The position numbers were made by a program, and so were the translations under genes. The notes under the pieces were generated by a model that had not been told where the DNA came from, did no database searches, and saw only the letters and a list, made by a program, of their open reading frames with translations. Shown here piece after piece: positions 12,201-24,200 of a DNA stretch of 64,000 bases. This stretch comes from Lama guanicoe (Eukaryota): the NCBI GenBank assembly GCA_013239625.1, contig MU054466.1:496001-560000 (forward strand). Direction: 5' to 3'. Every line of letters begins with the position of its first letter. Position 1 is the first letter of the stretch.

Positions 12201-15200
12201 GGGAAGAGCCCCATTTTCTCTCAGGGCTCAGGTTGGGTCGGTAGATACTCGGCAGTACCCTGGAAGATCCCTGTGGGTGCTGGTGATGGTGAGGGTTAAA
12301 GCTGTTTTGTAGGAAAATAGTTCTGTAGCCCTGTGCGGCCCAGGCGCTGCAGAGAGCAGCTGGAGCCCCAGGAGGACAGGCTTGAGCGTGTCCCGTGCTG
12401 CTGCCGCCGCGTGCTTAGCACCCGAGAACTCCGTCCAGGAGGAGCAAGACATCTGACGTTACATTTCCCGCCTTCTGCTAACCTTTCACCACTGTAATGT
12501 TTAACTAAGTGGCCTTTTCTTGTTCAGGGGTAAGTTTGTTGCCCTGGAAAACATCAGTTGCAAGATCAAATCAGGGTGTGAGGGGCACCTTCCGTGGCCC
12601 AGCGGCATCTGTACCAAGTGCCAGCCAAGCGCCATCACGCTGAACAGACAGGTGAGACGCCACCGGGCCTGCCAGCGCGGGAGCAGTGGGTTTGTGTTCA
12701 CGACTGAGAGGTGCCGTGTGCGTTGCAGGTGGCGGGGTCTCGGGTGTTTTCAGACTGACCAACTGACCCTTCTGTGGAACTCACACACAGAAGGAGTTAT
12801 TTATAAGATCTCCGGCTCCGCCAAGCGTAGAGGGGAGCCTTCGGTTTTCTGTTTTGTTGCCTTGTGTGAGGCAGAATTTTCTTGGTGATTTTTTAAGATG
12901 CTCAGTGGTTGTGACCTTGCCTTTTAAGAAACTGGGGCTCTGGCAGTTGGTAACAGAACTGTCCTGGGAGCAGCTCAGGGCATCTGTCTGGGGCCAGTTA
13001 AGAAAGGGGCTGGGCTTGGGAAGGAGGGAGAGCATGAGGGAGACTTATGTGAGGCTGCTCTGGCCGCTTCCACTCTTAATGCCCGGCCCCCCCTCCCTGC
13101 CGCCTGCCGCCGCTTAGCCCCTCAGAGAGTGCCACTGCGCCCTTGGCCGTCTGAGAGCTTCTTCCTCTTCTTCCCCCATCCCTCTCCTCTTTTTTCAGCC
13201 TCCCTCCTGTCTTCCTTCCATTTTTTTTACCCTAGAGATTGTGAAAACCTGTATTTTAGGAGAAATTCCACTAAGAATAATCTGAATTAATTTGTTGAGG
13301 AATCCCACTCCAACCCCTCCTGCCCTCTGGAATCTGAAGTGGCCTTAAGGGCAGAGCACACTCTTAAGTGTGTGTGTGTGCATTTGTGTGCACACGCACA
13401 CGTGGAGCTAGGTAAACGGCATTTACGAATGATTTGTGCTAAGCTAATTGTATATTTTTGATGGAGTGTTTTAATTTAGCCCATTGTTGTTAACTCTGCA
13501 GAAATACAGACACGTGGACAACATCATGTTTGAGAACCACACGGTGGCCGATCGCTTCCTCGACTTCTGGAGGAAGACGGGGAACCAGCACTTTGGGTAC
13601 CTGTACGGACGGTACACGGAGCACAAAGACATTCCTCTCGGCATCAGGGCCGAAGTAGCTGCCATTTACGAACCTCCTCAGGTAGCTGTGAGCAGGGTGA
13701 CAGTTTGCGGGCCTCTGCGTGTCTGTGTTTCAGAGGCTCTGCGGGGGGCGGGGGCGGGGGCGGGGGCACTTCTCAGAGGGCACGTTGCTTCCCTCGCTGC
13801 GTCCTTTCCCCAGTCTCCATCTCTCTGTACACGCAGACACAGACGCACACACAGATAGACACTCACAGACACACCAGACACAGACACAGACACACCAGAC
13901 ACAGACACACACACAGACACACACACACACACACACAGTTGAAGGGGTTGTTTTGGCCCCTAGGGTGTGTCCCACTGGGGACCGGCAGTCGACTACTATG
14001 CTCTAAGCTCCCACGGAAGGGCTCCTCTGTTTGAGTGTGCCACCAGCGACTTACATTTACTGTTTTATTTTTAGTACTTAGGGATTGGTTTTACATATAT
14101 GTACTTTTTAACTTGGTGTACAGTTACGTAAGATATTTATGTGGTCATATGGTGTATGTTATGTAAAATACTTACTTCATTATATAAATTTACTACGAAA
14201 GTGGAGACTGGAGCCGTGCTGAATGCTGGTTCACGCCGCCCTGAGATAGCTGGGGAGGGGCCTGTGCCTGCGGGTGTGTGTAGATGCAGCAGAACCATGA
14301 CAGACCGAGGCTGACTGGAGGGCGACCAGAACGTAGTGAATGTTAAATATCTGAGCCTTGGTGGTGGGTTTGTGAACATTCACTGTAGAAGTCTTTAAAC
14401 TTTGCTGTATGTTTGAAATTTTTCATTTAAAAAACAGGTGGAAAAGAGAAAAACCCTGCACATTTGCAAAGGCAGATGTGCAAACAGTGTATTCCCCTTC
14501 ATCCGATTTCCTCTCCCCTCCCAGGGTCCCCCCTTTAAACAATTTTTGGTTTAGACCTCTAAATTTTGGTGTTTTAATGTAGGCGGACCCACAGATACTC
14601 ATACTAGCCCCTCCTTTGCCTGTTCGGGGACCACAGTGCACACACTCGTGTCCCCGGGCGCCGTGTGCACGGGGTCTCGCCGTGACGGGTCTCCTCCCTA
14701 AACCAGCCAGGTTCTGGGGCTGTGGGCCTTGTGGCCGCTGCTGGTGCGCAGGCTTGAGGCTCCTGCACAGATGCCTCGTCTTTCCTTCCCTGGCTATGTT
14801 TATGCAGGTTTTGTGTGGTCTGCCCACCTTAGACATCTTCATCATGTATTGAGAGCTGCAGTTGAAGTGCAGGGCCTTTTGTGGTGGTTCAGTTGAAAGG
14901 CGACTCAAGATGGCTGCAGGGACTCTGCCCCTGCAGGTGCAGAGTCGCGCTTTAAGCGGGGGTGCTCTTGGAAGCACAGAATGCTCAGTGCGGTTTTGTG
15001 AGGGTCCCTCTCGTGAAGAGTCTGAACAGTTCTATGCAGAGTGTGATTGAACAAAAAAGTGGGACAGAAAGCTCTGGTGTCCAGCCACTGAAAGTAGCAT
15101 CAGAGCTTCCAGTCTGGGGATCCTGGAGATGGAAAGAGTTGACCTCTGATTACCCCCAGCTCGTTAAAGCTCAGCGTGCACGTTGCCACACGTCAGGAGA

Positions 15201-18200
15201 CAGAGTCCTGAGGTCTCTCCTGAGTCTGTACGTGGACTGTGCTCTGGAGGTGGTGGTGATCTCCCATGGGTAGTACCCAGAACGTGCAGTTCTTCTGTTG
15301 TTTTACCAGAACTGGACAGATGTACAGGGATGGTGCCCAGTTAGCACAGCTCGACTGGGGATCCCCGTCACTTTCCTGTTCTACCGCTGGGTCTTCGGGT
15401 CGGTACAGCGCCAGCCTTAGTGACCACAAGCTGGCTTTGTCCCCTGCAGGAAGTGGTCCCGTGGCCAGCGTTAAGTTGCGTGCAGCCAGCCCACGCCTGT
15501 CTGCTGCCCTGAGCCCAGCACTGCCCCTGCCGCTCAGCAGGGCACCGACGTGAAGTGCCTTCAGTTGGCTCAGGGTGTGTGTGTCGGTTGCTCTGCGGCC
15601 CTGCTTGCCTGGAAGCTAAGCGCTGTCCCTGCAGGAGCTCATCCAGGTTTCCCAGGGCTGTCTTCTGGGCACGAATGTTACCTTACAGCCCTCATGTTGC
15701 GTGATCTAGCCAAGCCTATTTGGAGTGAAACTATTTATACAGGGAAGGTTTGAAACTAACTTCTATCCCCGAGGAAGGAATCTTAAGGCGCAGTGAGCCT
15801 TCCTTAGTCCTGAACGACCCCACGTTTCACACAGAGCTGTCCGACATGAACCAGCCCGCCTACCGCCTTTTCATGGCCTCCGGGAAGCTTGCTTGAAAGC
15901 ACAGCACAGTCCTGGCAGGGAGCAGCCTGGAGGGCTTGGCGCGTGTTACTTGGTTGTCTGGAGCCTTTGCTGCTGCCTTCTGGCCCGGGGCAGCGCAGCG
16001 TCCTTTCTCTGAGCTCACTCCTCAAAATGCGTCTCTTCCATGCCCAACAGATTGGTACACAGAATAGCTTGGAGCTTCTTGAAGACCCAAAGGCCGAAGT
16101 GGTTGATGAAATTGCTGCCAAACTTGGCTTGAGGAAGGTACTGAGCATTCTTGCCTTTGAGGGCGGGTCTGGGCTCCATACTGGGGACGTCTGGGGGATG
16201 GCACGGCCAGGCCTCATCTGGGGCTGAACTTCCAGCTGCACAAGGTCGGGTGCAGACCCGAAGCCTCGCTTGTGTTGATGGGTGCCAAAGAAAGGGTCCC
16301 AGTGCAGGGGCTGTTACTTTCCAGTCCACCAGCCGTACTTCATGAGGGCTGCCTCAGAGTGGGAGGGAAAGAAACTGTTGGAGGCAAGACCCTTCCTCCT
16401 GCCCGGGGGGGACCTGGATGCCAGGCTGTGTGTGCCGCCACCCCCCACTAGGATAGATCCTCCTGAGTCTGTTCACGCTGACCGTTCTCTGTCCCCCGCA
16501 GTGAGGCAGATCCTCCTGGGTCTGTGTCACGCTGACCATTCTCTGTCCTCCGCACTGGGAGCTGCTTGTGGTCCCTCTTCAGTCCTCACTCAATCTCCTG
16601 CTGATGGTTGAGGCATCAGAATACGGAAGCCTTCCTAGTTTTACTGGGCAGTTAGAAGTCGGGGGAGAATTTTCATTTTGAACCTGTTGCTCTAGTTTAG
16701 CTGACACCCTCGAAGAAGTTACCAGGAACCTTGCAGATGGATTCTTACAGGTGGCGTTGATCTGTGGATTTGAACGCATCTTAGAAGTTCACTATTGATA
16801 GCTGCATGAGTTTCATCTTTCATTTCCCAATCAACTTAGACAATGAAAAATGACTCCCTATAGATAAATGGGGGAACACTGGAGACGTGCTTTGTATTTA
16901 TACCCCAGGAATGCTGTAGAGCAAAGTCATTGTGTCGTTTTAAGAAAACAATTTTAAGAAAAAATAATGTTTTATTGTTCCTAACAAGAAGTAGGCATCT
17001 TGATTTAGGGTCATATTTTGGTTTAAATTCTGGAAGTTTCTCTTGTTCGAAAGAGAAATTGGTGTAATTTTTTTAAACCTGTGTTTGCTGTAAACGTTTG
17101 GGTCGCGACAGGTGTAGTCACAATAGAGGATCTTCAAATTACTTAAATGCTTTTCTGCAAATTCTGGTTCCTTAGCCCTTACTTTTCTCACCTTGATTTT
17201 GGTTCTGCCTCATTTGCTGCTTAATTACATTTATCCTTCAAGTCTCATTTTCTCCACCGTCGCCCTCCTTGGGGGTTTTATTCATTTGGGCATGTGTAGA
17301 GAAGATGAAAGTCTCCACCTTTGCTTGGTCGTCTCTGCAGGAGAGGGAGCTGAAGAGCGGGGCCGAGGCTGTGCTGGGGGGTGGCGGCAGCACACCAGCC
17401 AGTGTGCGCCTGGACCCCAGCCCGCTCTCACACCTCCCGCCCGGGTTCTGGTTCTGGAAGGCCGACCGGTTACCCCGTGCCGGGGAGGCCGAGCCACCTT
17501 GAGCTCTGGGCCGGACGTTTCCGATCCCAGTACCCTCATGTGCTTCCTTCAGTCTGCGTCTGAGCTCAGAGCGGCTGGGCGAGGGCTCTGTTCTGTCACT
17601 CTTTATTTTAAGTAAATGCCTTCTCTAGGGAGTCTGCTTTCCTGTGTCACAGGGAGAGCTCTCGCGTCGGTCTTTTTCTGCTTGCTGGTTGTCTGCTTTC
17701 CTCTCGGTGTAAATTCCCTTTTCTCTGATGTGCTGCTCCTCTGGTTCACCTGGGCCCCGTGCTGGCATGGAGGTGGTGCCGAGGAGGGTTCCTGAGGAGT
17801 AAACAGGCTCTTCCCATTTGCACTTGTCCCCATCCGGCAGGACTCGGGGTGGTGGCTAGTGTCCGCGGAGGAGGGTGTGAGAGCCCTGGTGTGGCTGATG
17901 CTGGGTTGAGGAGCTGACTCACTTGGGAGGAAGGGACCAGCTCCCAGGGGCCCTGCTGAGGACCGGGGTCTTAGCTCAGGGGCGGAAGCTGGAAGACAGT
18001 CATCGTGTGCTTCAGGGAGAGACTCAAGGCATTTTTCTCTTGAATGCAGGTGGGCTGGATATTCACAGATCTGGTCTCGGAGGACACCCGGAAGGGTACA
18101 GTTCGATACAGTCGAAATAAGGTGAGATGGGGCGGGGGTGCCCGCCCGGTACCATGCTGCTGTGGCTGACGCTCCCTGCACAGCTCGCCTGGCTTTTAGG

Positions 18201-21200
18201 CCGCGCTGTTTTCAACACCATGTTCTTGATAAATAAAGGCTGGGTCTGTTCGTTCTGCCTTGTAGCTGAAAACCTACCTTGCCATGGTAAACCAGTGCTT
18301 TTTGGAGGTTGGCCGGTGGGGGTGGACTGCCTAGTGCTTCTGGCCTGACTAGTCCCGTGTGCCCGTCTGAGGGGTCTGCAGCAGGCAGGGGGTGCAGGCA
18401 CTTCTCTCACCGCGGTTTCCAGCACGTTACGGTTTCGTTCTTACTGTTTCCTGTCGAAGGAGGAGCATATTTTGACGTGGCGCTGTAAACCTGACATACT
18501 GGTTCTCTTGTCTTAGGACACCTATTTCCTGAGCTCAGAGGAGTGTATCACCGCAGGAGACTTCCAAAATAAGCACCCCAACATATGTCGGCTCTCCCCA
18601 GATGGACATTTTGGATCCAAGTTTGTTACTGCGGTGGCTACAGGTATACGTGGGGGCAGGGCTATATTGTAAATATTATGATCTCGTTAACGTGTTTTGT
18701 TCCTCTTTCAGTAACTTTGCTTTCCTAACTAAGTTACAGTAGATTTTACTAAGGGACCTGTGAGACATAAGATTCTTCTTTTTCGTTTGTGGCTAAAATC
18801 CTGAATTTCTCAGCATCACGCAGAGTCCTAGCACGGGAGCGTCAGCATCGCCCCGCTCTAGTCCACCCTCTTGTCCTCAGGCCGAGTTCTCTTGGTTCTG
18901 GACCGGAGTTCAGGGCACCGCTGCCCCTTTCCAGTAACCAAAGGTGACTGGCTTTGCAGGAGGAGAGCCACGGTTCCTGTTACTTGTTTGTTTACAAGTG
19001 GGCGTGTCATTTTAAGAAACCATTTCCATATGGCTTTCTTGGAGTGATGCTTGTGTGTGAGAGATGCTGTATGTCATGTTACATGTTATGCAGGTCATTG
19101 TGTGTCGTAAATACGCATGTATATGTGTGTATGTCATAGGTAGTAGTAAAGGCTTGTGGCCCGTAAAAAAGTGCCACCAAACCTTTTATAACATATTTGA
19201 GATGCTGTCTTGGAAAAAAGCCAGGGAGAGGACCATATGACTGAAAAAGAGAAAGAAGTTGAAACTTTGGGAACCAAGTCATAAAAACAGTCTCTTGTCA
19301 GTTTTTCAAAGTAGACACTAACCTGGAGCCTGTGAGGACCTGGTTTCTACCGTCCCAGAGATGATAATCTGGTTTGTTCATGGTAACATGCTTCCTCAAG
19401 TTGAGAAAACTCTAGTTCACAGTCAGCCCAAACATGTCAGCACCTGGAGCCTCGCTGGCCCCGGTTGGCCTGTCCACACTGTTGTGGGGGCCCTGAAGGA
19501 GGACACCGTTCGTGCTCTCTCAGTTGTTAAGATCCATTTGATTTGAGAGCCACTTAGAGTGACAGGCAGCTTCTTTTTGAAATGCATGTACTTTCGGGGC
19601 TGAGAGGCAGCGGCAGCATTGTCCATACGTTTGCGTGAACCAGTGGGATCAGGTTGATCTTCCCAGGTCGGTGTCTGGTCATCTGTTTAAGGAAGTGGGC
19701 GGGAGTTTTGAGTGGGACTAACAGAGGCAGAGTTCTGTAGCATAGAGGCCCTTCCGCAAGGGAAGACCGGGCGGGGCTGCCGAGATGGGAGACTGAATGC
19801 TGAGGAGCAGAGCAGAGCCATGTTGTACGTAACTCAGGATTTTGCCAAGCCGGCTTGTGTCTGAGGAAGGGGAGAAAAGTATTCTCTTTCTTGCCTGGTT
19901 ATCAGCAAGCCCCCGCCCCCCATTGTGGGTACATGCATTTTGACTGGTGGTTCCCAGACCTGTCAGACTGGATGCCCTGTTTAGAACATTTGTGACACCC
20001 CTTTCCTGCCCAGAAAATACAGCTCATAGATGATACACTTGCCCACACAGCTGGCTGTGAAGAAGAAGGTAGGATAGTGGCCTGAGAGAACGGTGGAGAA
20101 GCGTGTGTACTAAGACGGGATGTTCCAGCAGGCTGGTGCGTGGGACCCACCCCTGCCGAGGGCCGGCGCGGGGCTGCGCCGTGTGGGATGGCCTCCGGGC
20201 CTGGTTCTCTCCACGCAGCTTGGAGCCTCAGTTCAGGCCGTGTCACACTCCTAGAGAGTCCACCGTGTGTTAAAACTGCGCAGCTGTTTCTGTGGCTGTG
20301 TATAAAATACAGTTGATTCTAATCCCAGGTCGTCACAAATGGGGGTTTTGCCGACACGCATGTGCGGGGACATTCTTGGCCCCATGGGATGGATGTGTGT
20401 CCCCTGAGCACAGCAGGACGTCTGGCTTCTTCGACTCCAGCTGAGACTGGCAGCTGCCCGCCCCACCCGTCCACCTTCACTGGGACAACCGAATGTCACC
20501 CCTGCAGGTTTCCAGAACCGCCCCTCGTGAGAACTTGTCAGGCTTCCATGGGCTCCCGGGGTGACCTAGCCCTTTTAGTTACTGTTTCCACGGGTAGTGT
20601 TTCAGTGGGCCACAAGAACTGGCCCCAGCCACGTTTTTAGAATTACCGTTTCTAACTTAGGGGCTGCCTGCACTTTCAGTTAAAGGTGCCTCTTCTTGGG
20701 AGTTTGGAAATTAGAGATCGTCCGTGGAATTTTTGTCTCTGAAATCGGCACTTTACTGAAAGGTTTTAGAACTGTAAGGCAGTAACTAACTCAACGGTAA
20801 AATCTGTGGTTAGTCTTCACATCTGTGCTGAGTTGTTCCTCTTGGTGATGTGAATCCTCAGACTCATAATCCCTCCTTCCCTGGGGCCAGCGATGGCAGG
20901 GTGGCGATCTGAAGTGTCATGGACGCTCCAGCTCCACATGAAGCGTGCTCTTCTGCAGCATGGCTCCCGACTGGGGACCCGTTGTTCCCCTGTGGAGCTG
21001 TTTGAGGTGCCCTGGTTGGAGTCCCTTCCCTGAGGCCCCGATGGGACAGGAAGGAGCAGGCCTATGTGTTTGTGGCCATCTCCCCGGAGATGGCAGCTGT
21101 GTTCCAGGCCTCCTGCACTCCGCGCCACCTGCTGCCAGCCGCGCCCAGAGCTGCTGCTGCAGCTGCAAGCTCCGTGCTTCCCTCATGTCTGCGCTCCCTC

Positions 21201-24200
21201 CCACCCTGGCCTGGGGCTCCCGGGGGAAGAGCGGCAGTCACGTGTGCTGTTTGCTCAGGTGAACGTGAAGGAGCTTGTGGGAGGAGACTCGTCACAGAGC
21301 CCCTGTCTACGCTCCCTGCGCCACGCTGGCATCTGTGTCTCGGTCACCTGGCACAGCCACGCCTGTTTCTTGGCTGGGAATGTTATTTTCTGGGGCAGCC
21401 TGTCAGCCTCAGTAGCAGCTGAGTTCTTTATCCCGGCCCCTTCCCGCTGCGCAGTGGGTTTCCTGATGGACTGATCTGGGAAGGGAGCAGTGGCTAAGTT
21501 ACCTTCGCCGCTGGGCTGGTATTAGGTTTCCAGCACGGTTAACTGAACCCCTTAGGACCTGGATTCTCGCTTTTCCATGTGGAAAAGGGAAGCTTGCGGT
21601 TCGTCTCAGTGACTTTGTCTTAAGAGCCTTCCATTTTACAAACACATTTCAATTTTTCTCTGGTTCTCACAGGCCAGATTTTCATTGCACAATCAGTCTA
21701 AAAACCAGTGCAGTTTCCCAGGGCGTACACGGGCAGCTCCTCCGCGGCCCTGCCTCGCCTTCGCCTCTGCTCCTTTGAAACCACACACTCACTGTGGTGT
21801 GACATTCGTTCCCGGAACACACTGGCGGGTGACGGTCCTGTGTTGGCCGCCTTGACGTTATTTGGTGGCCACTGCCCAGCATGTAAATTGAGGGCCTGAG
21901 AGAAGGTGCGAGGGCTGATTGTGGACGGGCCTTTGGAGCCCAGTGTGGCTTAGCGTTGGAAGCCAGCTGCTGTTGGCCTCTGGTGTGCAGAGTCACACAG
22001 ATGGCAGGCCTGGCCTGTCCCTCAGAGGCTGGCCCTGCCCCACCCTTCACATTTTCAGATGCCTCACCTGCTTTTTGGTAAACGTTTGAAGGCTAGATGG
22101 AGCAGACTTATGCTTTCTGATCAGTAACTTATTCTGATTCTGTCAAAGAAACTAAGACAGATATTAAGGGGTCTTTAAAATCTCGAAAGCCCTGGAAAGT
22201 GAGGGTGTTCAGAGGGGTCTGAGTGCTAGCCAGGTTCTGCAGCCCTTCTTCCCTTGTCCACAGCCTCTGCCCTTGTCCCAGCTGTGAGTCCCTTGCAGCT
22301 TTTTGTGCGGGGGGAGGGAGAGTGGTGCGTGGTGCTGGGGGTCCCGCCTCCCGAATGTGGCGGCTGTGTAGACAGCTGAGGTTGGGGCTGCCGTCCACAC
22401 TGTGCAGCTACTAGTGTTGTTTTTGACGAAAATGGATTCTGTCTTCTCCCATCCACGGCGGCATGTCTCTTGGCCTCCACAGATGAACTCATCCTGTATC
22501 CTGCACTCGAGAACAGAATTTGCTGGAGCGCAGGCTCACTCAGCACCTGGAGCCTGAGGACTAAGTGGCACCTGGAGGTTAACGGTCTTGCTTCGGATTC
22601 TGAGAGAATGTGTGGGTGGTGGGAGCTGTTTGAGGCGCCGCAGTGGCATCTCTGTGCCCTGCGTTCAAGGCCTTGTGCTCAGGGCCCCGTAAAACTGCCA
22701 CCAGAAGGTTTTCTTACATAGGACATGCTCTGGAGTTTGTTCTGCTGGCCCAAAGGGAAGAACGTCATTTGGTGGATGCTCGTTGAAGATCTCTCTCTTG
22801 CAGGTGGCCCCGACAACCAGGTCCACTTTGAGGGGTACCAGGTGTCCAATCAGTGCATGGCGCTGGTCCGGGATGAGTGCCTGCTGCCCTGCAAGGACGC
22901 CCCTGAGCTCGGCTACGCCAAGGAGTCCAGCAGCGAGCAGTACGTGCCTGACGTGTTCTACAAGGTAACAATGGGAGGGCTCCGAAAGCGCGAGCTGGAT
23001 GGGGTGCGGTGTGGACACGACCTGTCCTGGACGCCGCTGACTTTGGTGCACTCTGGCCATGCAGGCCGTCTGTCAGCCGTGCTTGTCCAGAGCCCAGCTT
23101 GTGGGTAAAGGAAGCCACGCGTTTCCAGGGCTGCTCGTTAGCTGCTCAGGCATCATGGTGTTAGGGCCCGTAACCAAGAGACGGTACGTAGCACAGTCCA
23201 AACTCGGCAGCACAGACAGCGCCCGCCTCTGATGAGGAGAAACGGTGTCTGCGGGGCTGCGGCTGCAGGTGGGCACGCTGGGCTCCCTGGAGGGGACCCA
23301 GTTTAGGCTGACTGCTTAGACAGACAGTCGTCCGTGTCCTGTGGAAGCTGTAAGATGACTTGTGTTGGAGACTGGCATGGTGTGAGCATTCGGGAGTCAG
23401 GTGCTTCCCCGTGGCCCAGTGCGGCTTTTGTGCTCAGCTCGGGCCTGTCCTGGCCCACTCGGTTCCCATCCAGCCCTGCTCCTCCCGGAGGACTCATTTA
23501 ATGTTTCCTGCAGTGTGGAGCTCCTCTGGTTCATCCAAAAAGTATCTTGTCTTCTTTTCTGAAGGATGTGTTCACTGTGCAGAGTTGCAGGGTGACCGGC
23601 CTGCTCCCCTCTTGCCTGCCTCCCAGTGGCCGGCGGGAAGTCAGCTGTCACCCTGCAAGTTCCTCTGTCCGTCATGACAGCGCCTCTCTACCGCTGGCCT
23701 CAGCACCCGGTTCTTGACCTGCCTGGTGCCCCGGGTTTGGGGCTTGCCGGGCTCCTTGGTCTGGGGGCTGGCGGGTCGTGTTTGGCTGTTGTGTGTGTTC
23801 CTGTTGCTGCCCTGACAAATGGCGCAGGTGCAGTGGCCGCAGGACGGCAGCCCTTTATTGCCTCACAGCTCCGTGGTCAGGAGTCTGGGCAGAGCTCAGC
23901 CACGCTCTCTGCTTGGGCCTCTCCGGGCTGCTGCGGTGGTGTCAGCTGGGCTTTGATCTCGTCAGAAGCGTGAGGTTCCAGGCCCCCAGGCCATCCCTGG
24001 CCTGGCATCTTCTCCCCGAACCTGTGTGAACACGTCTCTGGCTTCTGCTGCCACCGGCCTGAGCCTCATGAGGGCTTGTGTGGCCCCCCCCCCCGTGGGC
24101 TCTTCTCCCTCATCCTCCTTCCTGGGTTGGTTTCCCCGAACCAGGTGTCGTGGGTTTACGTGCTGCTGCACGTGGTGGGCGGGAACCGTGCTCTTTCTGC

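Noticed and set aside
20643-20800. 8-bp inverted ends TTACCGTT/AACGGTAA, possible Tc/mariner MITE relic
   Set aside because: Inverted repeats too short and no family confidently recognised; needs a Dfam search
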